Positions 37,643 through 46,840 of a DNA stretch of 64,000 bases are shown piece after piece. The notes beneath the pieces are model-generated. The model was given only the letters and a program-made list of their open reading frames with translations, made no database searches and was not told where the DNA came from. The first letter of the stretch is position 1. The number at the start of each line of letters is the position of its first letter. Source of the stretch: an uncultured Gammaproteobacteria bacterium (lineage in GTDB: Bacteria; Patescibacteriota; Microgenomatia; Levybacterales; GWA1-39-11); assembly GCA_964531275.1 (NCBI GenBank), contig CAZHDZ010000005.1, positions 12,545-76,544 of the forward strand, given 5' to 3'. A program made the translations under genes and the position numbers.

Positions 37643-38188
37643 ATGGCAGGCGAACATGATAATCCAAGAGAAGATGGGAGTGGGAAATTGGTTGATGGAG
37701 ATCCAGCTGTCCGTGTAGTTTTGGGAGGACCTAAAGACGTGGAGGGCATGTCCGGTGCTATTAAGGTATTGAACGATTTTGGAGTAACGCACGAAGTTAT
37801 ACATTATGAACCGGAATTTTTACAACAAATGGATTCAGGAGTTGGACTAATTATCGCCGCTGCCGGTGAAGATCCTGTCTTGCCAGTAGTGTTAGCGTTA
37901 AGAAACACACAAATGGTTGTTGGGGTTCCTCTTGTAACAGAAAAATCCAATGGTTTTAATAATCTACTTGCTTTGGCCGTCTTTCCGACAACGTTAGAAC
38001 CTGAAGTTCCTATCCCTCTTGCCTTTGTGGGAATAGGACGAGCTGACAATGCAGCACTGCTTGCTGTACAAATGTTAGCTTTAAGTGACACTGAACTATC
38101 AGGAAGATATAGTGCTTATAGAGATGAATCCCCGGCGATGGTGGCAAGACAAAACGAATGGTTACAAGGTCAGTCAAATACTAAATAA
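37643..38188 (+). CDS. purE: PurE-like protein (degenerate)
   Basis: IIAAAG, VGVP, VGIG..NAALLAVQML; lacks SAHR. Confidence 0.65.
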   Translation: MAGEHDNPREDGSGKLVDGDPAVRVVLGGPKDVEGMSGAIKVLNDFGVTHEVIHYEPEFLQQMDSGVGLIIAAAGEDPVLPVVLALRNTQMVVGVPLVTEKSNGFNNLLALAVFPTTLEPEVPIPLAFVGIGRADNAALLAVQMLALSDTELSGRYSAYRDESPAMVARQNEWLQGQSNTK

Positions 38189-38837
38189 CTTTTTTCGTAA
38201 AGAGTGAAGAGAGGATTTCAAAAGCTCGATTTACATCTTTGTCGTCAAAGAATAAAGTATATTCTGACGACGTTGCTGCATTCCCTAGTATATTTATTTC
38301 CTCCCAAGCAACTGACTTTAAGAAAAAATAATAGACCCCTGGGGTTTTGATGGCTTCCTCCGGAAGAGTTATCGTTATTTGTGAAACCCCTTGATGAGTA
38401 GTAAGGAAGTCCTCTTTTTTAAATTTTTCCTCGAGTTGAGGAATTAACAAATGCGTTCCGGCAAGAGTAAGCTCAGCAGCCCCAATCGTGACAGAGGTTA
38501 TAGATCCCTTTATTCGGTTCAAGAATAAGTTGCTCATAGCATCCTCAGTTTCACGGGTGCGTTGAATAGTCGTAAGAATCAGGCCAGATCTTATAACCAT
38601 TTCAGGAGGGTGCTTAAAAATAGAATGGATTTTCGATTTAGGCTTGATATCTTTTTCAAGTCGCTTTAGGGCCATGACAATTGCGCCACTGCTTACTTTC
38701 TTAATAAGCATAGATTCAAGTTCTGGCTTGATATAGCGTGCGAGGGAAGAGTGGTTAATAATACCTTTTGAAAGTGCTTCAGAGAGATAGCGTGAGCGCT
38801 CAACAATTCGTTTGGTTCCTTCGGGTACGGTTATCAT
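38181..38837 (-). CDS. ACT-like domain putative regulator
   Basis: GIINHSSLAR, AIVMALKR, TPGVYY, EINI. Confidence 0.7.
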   Translation of the reverse strand: MITVPEGTKRIVERSRYLSEALSKGIINHSSLARYIKPELESMLIKKVSSGAIVMALKRLEKDIKPKSKIHSIFKHPPEMVIRSGLILTTIQRTRETEDAMSNLFLNRIKGSITSVTIGAAELTLAGTHLLIPQLEEKFKKEDFLTTHQGVSQITITLPEEAIKTPGVYYFFLKSVAWEEINILGNAATSSEYTLFFDDKDVNRAFEILSSLFTKKVI

Positions 38838-38943
38838 ATAAATTAGTATTCAACAAATTTGTTAGAATTTTAACATAAATTGTAGAAATGTTGTTAATTA
38901 TTTAAAAATTGACCGCATGAATTTATTAATTTATCATAGCTTT

Positions 38944-39285
38944 ATGACTCAAGAAGAACTATCTTTACACATCGCAGACTACGAAGGGTTTGTCGACAGA
39001 CGAAAGCCATGGCAGCCAAGAGTAGACCCTTTGCAGCTGAGTATTGCAGATGGTGAAGGCATGTATGATAGACGACCTGAGGCAGAACACAATGACAATG
39101 ACGTACTTACTAGGCGCTTGAGGGTGCCAAGTACTTCTGAAAGCGCATCTTTATTTGTAGGGCAACAAAATGTTCATGAGGTTTTGAATTCAGGGACAGA
39201 AGGAAATTTAACCGAAATGCAGCAGGGCACACCTAATTTTACTCAGGGCTTCGAGGGCACGAATACCTGTATTCAAAATTCGTAA
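38944..39285 (+). CDS. Hypothetical protein
   Basis: Acidic ORF, no recognised motif. Confidence 0.5.
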   Translation: MTQEELSLHIADYEGFVDRRKPWQPRVDPLQLSIADGEGMYDRRPEAEHNDNDVLTRRLRVPSTSESASLFVGQQNVHEVLNSGTEGNLTEMQQGTPNFTQGFEGTNTCIQNS

Positions 39286-39304
39286 TTCTAGATTTATTCT
39301 AAGC

Positions 39305-40564
39305 TCACAAATTCAGTACTACTTCAGCAAGACCGAGGAATACGAAGAATCCAATAACGTCCGTTGCTGTCGTAATAAATATCGTTGCAGAAGAAGCAGG
39401 ATCTTTGCCAAGGGACTTCATGATCATGGGGACTAAGGCACCAAAGAACCCGGCCGTTACGAGATTAACAATCATGGCAATTCCTATTACAAGTCCAAGC
39501 GCAGGGCTGTGGTTAAAGACGACTGCAATAGCTGCGACAATAAGACCATTGATAATACCGTTAACTCCCCCTGCAATAACCTCATTTATGATTAACTTTC
39601 GCCCAGTCTTGAGTTCTACTTCTTTAAGAACAAGTCCTCTTACAGTAACGGCTAGCGTTTGGGTTGCAGCATTTCCACCCATACCGGCCACTATTGGCAT
39701 ATAAATTGCCAGAAGGGTAAATTTCTGTATTGTGTCCTCAAATAAGCCAACAACAGCTGCTGCCATAAATGCGGTTCCCAAGTTAATAATCAGCCATTTG
39801 TAACGATATTTAACTTTTGTCATCGCAGAATCTAGAGTGTCTTCCTCTTTATCAACACCGGCAAATCCATATAGGTCCCGTGCAGTGTGCTTGCCGATTA
39901 TTTGCAAAATATCATTTGAATGAATGATTCCTAAGATGCTTTCATCTTGATCTTTTACAACCACCTTGTTGTGTGGGTTTTTAACAAACGAATTAACGAC
40001 TTTCGTAACCTCACTGTCATACCTGATTGATGGGATTTTCTTGATATGCCTATCCGTTAAGTCGCTTAATTTATGAAGGGCAAGTGTAGAGCCTGGCAGC
40101 TCTCCGACTAATTGACCATTCTCAACAATAAGAACTGTTGGGAATTTTCCATTATGTTCTTCATAGTTACTTAGATCTTCAATGATTTTCTCCAGCTTAG
40201 TTTCTTTTTCAAAAATAATGTAATTAAGGTTCATAAGACCTGCAGCAGCTTTTGGATTAAATTTAAGGAGGAATTCAACCTTGGCCTTAACTCGTTCATT
40301 CAGGCGATCTGTGATGTGTTTGGAGCGAGAGTTGGATAGTTCTTGTAATATGTCTGTTGCTTTATCTGGATCAAGGGAATTAAGAAGGAGTAGGATTTCA
40401 TCATCAGTTAGATTATTAAGAATTTCTCTTTGTATTCTTGTGGATAATTTGAGGAGGATAAAGCCTTGTCTTGCGGGTTCGATGCCCCTGAAAAGAACTA
40501 ATCTTGTTGAGCGCGATTTAGTCAATTCGGTTACTAACTTCCGATCACTCAAGACATTTGCCAT
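39305..40564 (-). CDS. mgtE: Magnesium transporter MgtE
   Basis: CBS region, MGGNAATQ, DPASSA, TTATDV. Confidence 0.93.
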   Translation of the reverse strand: MANVLSDRKLVTELTKSRSTRLVLFRGIEPARQGFILLKLSTRIQREILNNLTDDEILLLLNSLDPDKATDILQELSNSRSKHITDRLNERVKAKVEFLLKFNPKAAAGLMNLNYIIFEKETKLEKIIEDLSNYEEHNGKFPTVLIVENGQLVGELPGSTLALHKLSDLTDRHIKKIPSIRYDSEVTKVVNSFVKNPHNKVVVKDQDESILGIIHSNDILQIIGKHTARDLYGFAGVDKEEDTLDSAMTKVKYRYKWLIINLGTAFMAAAVVGLFEDTIQKFTLLAIYMPIVAGMGGNAATQTLAVTVRGLVLKEVELKTGRKLIINEVIAGGVNGIINGLIVAAIAVVFNHSPALGLVIGIAMIVNLVTAGFFGALVPMIMKSLGKDPASSATIFITTATDVIGFFVFLGLAEVVLNL

Positions 40565-40652
40565 ATATTTAAATAGTACAAGTGTTTCTAAATAAATTGC
40601 AAGGACCTCGTATTGTTTTTGGGCAGAATAATATGCAACAATAATTATTGCT

Positions 40653-41633
40653 ATGCAGGCAAATTTCTCTATTTTGAACGGAAAGATTGTGGAATCCAGC
40701 AATGAGGAGGCTATATTGCATGTTTTTTCAACACCAACTCCTGAAGAGAAAAAGGAGATCATTCAAAGGCTTGGAGTTGATGACTATGACTTTGATGCAA
40801 CTTTAGATCCTGATGAAATTTCACGCGTAGAATTTGAACAAGATTTAACAGCTATTATTTGGAAACAACCGCATGCGGGGGATTTTTCTTTAAAAGCTCA
40901 ATTTGATGTGCTTTCTGTGGGATTTTTTATTCATAATAATTCCCTGATCTTAATAACTGATCAAGAAGATATCCCTTTTGATAAGAAAATTTTTGACGGT
41001 GTAAAGTCCGTCAATGATATTCTGCTTAGATATTTTTTCTATACAATCCGTCAGTACTTAAAGCATTTGAAAACCATCAAGCAAACAAAGTCTCGGCTTG
41101 AAAATAAGCTCAGCCAATCAATGGAGAATAAATACTTTCTACAAATGTTTGATATCAGCGAGAGCCTTGTGTACTACATTAATGCAATTGAAGCAAACGG
41201 AGCGGTGTTGTCCAAGCTTCAGACAAATGCAATACGTACGAGTCCAGACAGACTCAAATTTACAACAGACGAGCTAGATTACTTGGAGGATACAATTTTG
41301 GAAAATGCACAGAGTGCGCGCCAAGCACATATTTACAGTACCGTTCTGTCTGGACTAATGGATGCAAGAGGAAATATTATTAACAATAATATGAATGTGC
41401 TTCTGAAAAACCTCACACTCATTAATGTTATTTTCTTGCCTCTAAATCTTTTAGCAAGTATGGGAGGCATGTCAGAATTTACCGCCATGATGCATGAGTA
41501 CGGTATAAATTGGCAGCTTGGTTATTTCTTCTTTTCTGTTGCAATGGTTCTTATCGGGTGGCTGGTTTGGGTAAGTCTTAAGAAATATATTGGGCGACCG
41601 ACAAATGAAGAAGAGCTAGAAAAAATTGCATAA
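40653..41633 (+). CDS. corA: CorA family Mg2+ transporter
   Basis: LDPDEISRVE, INNNMN, MGGMSE, two C-terminal TMs. Confidence 0.88.
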   Translation: MQANFSILNGKIVESSNEEAILHVFSTPTPEEKKEIIQRLGVDDYDFDATLDPDEISRVEFEQDLTAIIWKQPHAGDFSLKAQFDVLSVGFFIHNNSLILITDQEDIPFDKKIFDGVKSVNDILLRYFFYTIRQYLKHLKTIKQTKSRLENKLSQSMENKYFLQMFDISESLVYYINAIEANGAVLSKLQTNAIRTSPDRLKFTTDELDYLEDTILENAQSARQAHIYSTVLSGLMDARGNIINNNMNVLLKNLTLINVIFLPLNLLASMGGMSEFTAMMHEYGINWQLGYFFFSVAMVLIGWLVWVSLKKYIGRPTNEEELEKIA

Positions 41634-41642
41634 TATTTACAT

Positions 41643-43769
41643 ATGGCACGTCTTTCGTACCAACAATTGATAGACAAACATTTAGAGATCTTAAGATCAC
41701 TTCAGTATGATTCTGGTCTTTTTTCAGCAGCAGATCGTACTGTAAGTACAGGGTACGACAAATCCTGGCTACGTGATAATTTTTACGAAACAATTGCTTT
41801 TGAAGTAATTAACGATTGGACAACTGTTGAAAAGACGTATAACGCAATTCTTGAAATACTCATAAAGCATGAAGATAAAATAGATTGGGCTATTGAGAAT
41901 AAGCCAACAGAATCTTACCAATATATTCATGCACGATTTCATCCAACAACTTTTGATGAATTTTGGGAGTCATGGGGGAATAAGCAAAATGATGCCGTTG
42001 GCTGCATACTCTTCCGAATAGGCGAGCTCGAGAAGCATCATAAAAGGGTAATTCTGAAAGATGATGACCATATAAGAATTGTTAATAAACTTATCCAATA
42101 TCTAGAAGTAATAGAGTACTGGAAGGACCGTGATAGTGGTATGTGGGAGGAAGATGAAGAGCTGCATGCTTCATCGGTTGGAGCATGTGTTGCTGGGCTT
42201 GAGTCGATTGGTAGAATAGAAAAAATTGAAGTTCCCAAGGATTTAATTGATAAAGGTAAACAAGCATTGCGTGATCTTTTGCCACGAGAATCATCCAGAA
42301 AATTTGTTGATCTATCATTGCTGTCACTAATATGGCCTTATAATGTCGTTACAGACGAAGAATCACGCGAAATACTAACAAATGTTGAATACCATTTATT
42401 ACGCGAGCGAGGGGTGATCCGGTATAAGGGGGACGCCTATTACAATAAAAATGTTGATACTGTAAGTGAAGAAGCTGAATGGACTTTTGGACTTGCCTGG
42501 CTTTCTATTATTTATAGTAAACGAGGAGAAAAAGATAAAGCATTTTCCTATATTAAAAATCTAATAGCCTCAGATACGCCGCAAGGAATTCCCGAGCTGT
42601 ATTTTTCAAATTCTCCAGAATACAACGACAATACTCCTCTTGGCTGGTCAGAATCTCTTTTTATTGTTGCTCTTTATGAAATGGAAAGAGAGCAAGGAAA
42701 TATTATTGACATCAATGAATCTTTAACGGCTCCGGATTTACTGCCTACTTCGGAAGCTCAGTTATCTCTAATAACTAGAGAGTCTTTGCACGGAAAAGAA
42801 GTGGGGAAGTTTGATGTGAGGTCAGTTAAAAAGCAACTTATCGATTCTGAGGGACAACAAGTTTTTGCTGTAGATATTGGCGGGGATAAGATTGCGGGGC
42901 AAATATACTCAGTTCATGATGGAAACGTCAAGTCTAGCGGGGAGTTGATGGTGCATAAGAGTGACGGAGGACAAGGATATTTAGTTTTTCTTGAAGAAGT
43001 TGCCAATCAAGCGCTTACTAAAAACCTTCGTGTGGGAATCTCATTTGCCGGTCCATTAGAAGGTACAGTCCTTCAAAAGGGTCCAAATGTGGGAGAATTT
43101 GAAAATGAATTTGAAGCTATGTACCAGAGGGATTTTGGTAAGTTATTTTCACACCCAACGGTCGATAACGATGCAGTTGCAGGCCTTAAAGCAGGTGCGA
43201 TTGAAGCACTAAATGCCTTCCCCGAAGTTGAGAATGTTCTTTATATAATTTCAGGAAGTGGCTTTGGTGCTGCACTATTGAATAATGGGGATATTTTTGC
43301 ACTAGAACCAGGGCATATACCACTTTCTGAAGACCTAAATACTCATCGGCTAGATAAACCGTGTGGAGTCTTTGAGAATGATAAGCCGTGTTTGGAAATG
43401 GTTGCTTCTGGTAAGGCAGGAATTGAGACAATCTATAAAAAAATAAGAGGTGAGCGTGCAACGGGTCAAGAAATTAGTGGTTTAGCCCAAAAGCAAGACG
43501 AGACATCTCTGGGTCTTTATGATGAATCAGCCCGAGCAACTGCACTTATAGTAAGGGGTATAAGTGATGTATTTTCCCTCCATGATAATCCTCAAAAAAC
43601 AGCAGTTGTTTTTCATGGTGGGGTATTTAATGTCCCCGGTTATACTCAGAGATTAGAGCAGTATTTTGCTCGAGAGATCCCCGTACCAATACAACTGATA
43701 TATACAAAAAAGATGAAAAATAATGCTTGTCTTATAGGAGCGGCGATAGCAGCTGTGACCGGATCATAG
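41643..43769 (+). CDS. GH15-like glycoside hydrolase fused to ROK-family sugar kinase
   Basis: WLRD, GMWEE, LGWSES; then DIGG, NDA, EPGH, C..C.E, HGG. Confidence 0.82.
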   Translation: MARLSYQQLIDKHLEILRSLQYDSGLFSAADRTVSTGYDKSWLRDNFYETIAFEVINDWTTVEKTYNAILEILIKHEDKIDWAIENKPTESYQYIHARFHPTTFDEFWESWGNKQNDAVGCILFRIGELEKHHKRVILKDDDHIRIVNKLIQYLEVIEYWKDRDSGMWEEDEELHASSVGACVAGLESIGRIEKIEVPKDLIDKGKQALRDLLPRESSRKFVDLSLLSLIWPYNVVTDEESREILTNVEYHLLRERGVIRYKGDAYYNKNVDTVSEEAEWTFGLAWLSIIYSKRGEKDKAFSYIKNLIASDTPQGIPELYFSNSPEYNDNTPLGWSESLFIVALYEMEREQGNIIDINESLTAPDLLPTSEAQLSLITRESLHGKEVGKFDVRSVKKQLIDSEGQQVFAVDIGGDKIAGQIYSVHDGNVKSSGELMVHKSDGGQGYLVFLEEVANQALTKNLRVGISFAGPLEGTVLQKGPNVGEFENEFEAMYQRDFGKLFSHPTVDNDAVAGLKAGAIEALNAFPEVENVLYIISGSGFGAALLNNGDIFALEPGHIPLSEDLNTHRLDKPCGVFENDKPCLEMVASGKAGIETIYKKIRGERATGQEISGLAQKQDETSLGLYDESARATALIVRGISDVFSLHDNPQKTAVVFHGGVFNVPGYTQRLEQYFAREIPVPIQLIYTKKMKNNACLIGAAIAAVTGS

Positions 43770-43822
43770 CTCTTGACTTATAGCTTCCAATTCCTGCATC
43801 ATAGTTAAGTAAGGTAAATAAT

Positions 43823-45475
43823 ATGGATCCCAAATTGCTTTCTGCTCTTGCTAAGGTTATTGAGGGAGACGTTGTAACAGATTCTACAACTCTAACTGAA
43901 TATAGCCATGATGCATCGCTTTTTGAAGTCCGACCTCAAGTTGTTGTTTTTCCAAAAAATATTTCCGACCTCCAAAATCTTGTTAAATTTGTTGCGGAAA
44001 ACAAAAAAGAACACCCTCATTTGTCTCTCACTGGAAGGTCTGCTGGGACTGACATGGGGGGAGGATCAATTAACGATTCTATAATTGTAAGTTTTACCAA
44101 GTACTTCAATGCAACACCTGTAATTAATGACAGGACCATTACGACCCAACCAGGTGTCTATTATCGGGATCTTGAAAAGATAACAACAAGAGAGGGTCTT
44201 CTCTTTCCCTCATATCCGGCCTCTCGAGGGCTTTGTGCGATGGGAGGGATCGTAAATAACAACTCGGGAGGAGAAAAATCTTTGCAGTATGGAAAGACAG
44301 AGCGATATGTAAAGAAAATAAAGGTTGTTCTGAGAGATGGGAACACTTATGAAATTAAAAAAATTACAGAAGCAGCACTTGAGAAAAAGATGGAGCAAAA
44401 GGACGTAGAAGGGGAAATCTACAGAAAAATGTACAAACTGATAAAAGATAATTATGACCTCATTATGGATGCAAAGCCACAAGTTTCCAAAAATTCAGCA
44501 GGATATTCACTATGGAATGTATGGAATAAAGAAGAAAAAACCTTTGATCTAACTCAGTTGTGGGTTGGTGCTCAAGGTACTCTTGGACTTATGACCGAAG
44601 CTGACATAGAACTTGTTCCTATGCACATGCATAGAGAAATGGTCATTCTTTTTCTTCATGATCTAAAGCATTTGGGTGAAATAATCAATATCGCGCTTCC
44701 ATTTAAGCCAGAGAGCTTCGAGTCATATGACGACAATACTTTAAAGCTTGCACTTAAGTACTTCCCAGAATTTGCAAAGCAATTGGGTGCTAAAGGATTT
44801 ATTGGTAGCGGAATTGCATTTTTCCCAGAATTTATGATGGTGATGAGAAGTGGGCTGCCAAAGCTAGTTGTACAAATTGATTTTACCGGCAATGATCCTG
44901 AAGAACTAAAGCAAAAAGTGAAAGATCTTAAAGCTAAGCTTGCTCCATTGCATCCACAACTTAAAGTTGCAATTGAATCGCAAGAAGAGAAGTATTGGTT
45001 AATTCGACGAGAAAGCTTTAACTTGCTCAGAAAGAAAATAAAGAATAAGCATACCGCTCCATTTATCGATGATTTTGTTATAAAGCCAGAACATATTGCA
45101 GAAGTCATGCCTCAGGTGAATAAAATTATCCAGAAGCATAAAGACTTTATATATACAGTTGCAGGACATGTTGGAGATGGGAATTTCCACATAATTCCAC
45201 TCGTTGATATCACTAAAAAGCACATTAGAGATGCTATACCTCAAATTTCAAAAGAGGTATACGAACTTGTAATTAAATATGGAGGGTCCATAACTGGTGA
45301 GCATAATGATGGGCTTGTAAGGACGCCATATTTAAGGCAAATGTATGGTTCTAAAGTGTATGAATTATTTGTGGAGACAAAGAAAATATTTGATCCAGAG
45401 AATATGTTCAACCCTCGAAAGAAGGTTGGAGTGACAATGGATTATTCCATGGAGCATTTACGCATGACGTGGTAA
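43823..45475 (+). CDS. FAD-binding oxidoreductase (GlcD/D-lactate dehydrogenase family)
   Basis: RSAGT..GG, GAQGTLG, GHVGDGNFH, GEHNDG, FDP...NP. Confidence 0.92.
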   Translation: MDPKLLSALAKVIEGDVVTDSTTLTEYSHDASLFEVRPQVVVFPKNISDLQNLVKFVAENKKEHPHLSLTGRSAGTDMGGGSINDSIIVSFTKYFNATPVINDRTITTQPGVYYRDLEKITTREGLLFPSYPASRGLCAMGGIVNNNSGGEKSLQYGKTERYVKKIKVVLRDGNTYEIKKITEAALEKKMEQKDVEGEIYRKMYKLIKDNYDLIMDAKPQVSKNSAGYSLWNVWNKEEKTFDLTQLWVGAQGTLGLMTEADIELVPMHMHREMVILFLHDLKHLGEIINIALPFKPESFESYDDNTLKLALKYFPEFAKQLGAKGFIGSGIAFFPEFMMVMRSGLPKLVVQIDFTGNDPEELKQKVKDLKAKLAPLHPQLKVAIESQEEKYWLIRRESFNLLRKKIKNKHTAPFIDDFVIKPEHIAEVMPQVNKIIQKHKDFIYTVAGHVGDGNFHIIPLVDITKKHIRDAIPQISKEVYELVIKYGGSITGEHNDGLVRTPYLRQMYGSKVYELFVETKKIFDPENMFNPRKKVGVTMDYSMEHLRMTW

Positions 45476-45644
45476 TAATAACGATACTTTCTTGTCGGAG
45501 CAAGTATCCCAACTCTGCCGGATTGCACTCCCCGTATTCAAAATTTCGTTGCATTTCACTCATCTCTCATACATCCGCGCATAACCGCCACTTTTATTGT
45601 TATTAAATTTTCCTTGAAATGACGAAACCCCCAAGAATGAAAAA

Positions 45645-45857
45645 GTCTTTCTTAGCGTAGCCAAGAGATAAATTGAGAATCAATTTTTCTTACACGTAGT
45701 CAAGAAGTAAATTCTGAAAGAATTTCTTCTTATACGAAGCAAAGCGCAGCTTTGTGAAGTAAAGAAATTGTCTTTCTTAGCGTAGCCAAGAGATAAATTG
45801 AGAATCAATTTTTCTTACACGTAGTGAAGAAGTAAATTCTGAAAGAATTTCTTCTTA
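45645..45857. repeat. 88-bp direct repeat built from tandem hairpins
   Basis: 45645-45732 and 45770-45857, one mismatch, period 125. Confidence 0.88.
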
Positions 45858-45880
45858 CAATTTTCTTACCTATTCTTACA
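45852..45880 (+). promoter_or_regulatory. Phased TTCTTAC direct repeats (OmpR-type site candidate)
   Basis: CTTAC at 45854, 45865, 45875; OmpR-family gene 300 bp downstream. Confidence 0.45.
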
Positions 45881-45913
45881 ATTTCATTAACCTTTCAAAA
45901 CTAACATGTATGT

Positions 45914-46093
45914 ATGTCACAAATACGACATCAAAGACACTATCAAGCAATGTATATTCCTAAGTCACAAAGACAAAAAGAGAAGTCATTTTTAGGAGTA
46001 GCATTTGAAGTCGAGAAGCCAGTACATAACCTTGTAAAGAGTTTTTGGAATGTTCTGAGCTCACCGGTTGATCCTGTGAGCAGAAAAAACTAA
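45914..46093 (+). CDS. 59-aa small protein (not in ORF track)
   Basis: MSQIRHQRHYQAMYIPKSQRQKEKSFLGVAFEVEKPVHNLVKSFWNVLSSPVDPVSRKN. Confidence 0.5.
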   Translation: MSQIRHQRHYQAMYIPKSQRQKEKSFLGVAFEVEKPVHNLVKSFWNVLSSPVDPVSRKN

Positions 46094-46118
46094 ATTTAGG
46101 GGCACAGACAGGGTGATT

Positions 46119-46151
46119 TGACAGGCATGTTGTACAATGATATGCCTGTCA
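46119..46151. terminator. Inverted repeat, terminator or operator
   Basis: TGACAGGCAT-13 nt-ATGCCTGTCA then TTT. Confidence 0.45.
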
Positions 46152-46173
46152 TTTATCCTCTTGAAGCATAATT

Positions 46174-46839
46174 ATGATATATAAAGTTTTAGTAGTTGAA
46201 GACGATCCGAATATTCGGGAATTTCTATTAGATGCTCTTAAGGAGTCTGGTTATAGTGTAACCGGAACACCCGATGGTGCAAAGGCCATTAAGATGGTTA
46301 AAGATGCCAAGCCAGATCTTGTAGTTCTTGATCTTGGACTAGAAAGTATAGCGGGTGAGACGGTATGCGAAGAGGTTAAGAAAATGCACCCGGATTTGCC
46401 AATAATAATTCTTACGGCAAAAAATACCTCCCGTGAAGTCGTGAGGGGATTTGATCTTGGAGCAGATGACTATATTTCAAAGCCATTCGAAATCGATGAG
46501 CTTTTGGCTCGCGTCAGAACAAGGCTTAAGCAACAGGGAACTCCAGTCCTTGAAATAGGAGATTTAACCGTAAATACCTCAACATATGATGTAAAAAGAG
46601 GGAATAAAGATATTCCGCTTACTGCAAAGGAATTTAAGCTACTTGAGTATCTAATTATTAATAAAGGGGCAGTTCTTTCTCGGGAAGCAATACTAGACCA
46701 CATATGGCTATACTCACCCGAAATAGAAAGTAGAGTAGTTGATGTATATATCGGATACCTCAGAAAAAAAATTGACTCAGGGCACGAGCAGAAGCTTATA
46801 AAAAGTGTGAGAGGCTTTGGATATACAATCAGAGAATAA
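46174..46839 (+). CDS. OmpR/PhoB family response regulator
   Basis: VEDD, LDLGL, GADDYISKPF, VDVYIGYLRKK, VRGFGY. Confidence 0.96.
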   Translation: MIYKVLVVEDDPNIREFLLDALKESGYSVTGTPDGAKAIKMVKDAKPDLVVLDLGLESIAGETVCEEVKKMHPDLPIIILTAKNTSREVVRGFDLGADDYISKPFEIDELLARVRTRLKQQGTPVLEIGDLTVNTSTYDVKRGNKDIPLTAKEFKLLEYLIINKGAVLSREAILDHIWLYSPEIESRVVDVYIGYLRKKIDSGHEQKLIKSVRGFGYTIRE

Positions 46840-46840
46840 A

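Noticed and set aside
39305-41633. Divergent mgtE/corA pair as a novel system
   Set aside because: Both are well-known Mg2+ transporters and the short gap shows no riboswitch
45476-45640. tRNA or known riboswitch
   Set aside because: No cloverleaf or recognisable aptamer consensus on either strand
45645-45857. CRISPR array
   Set aside because: Only two long copies, the would-be spacers are themselves repeated and palindromic, and no cas genes are present
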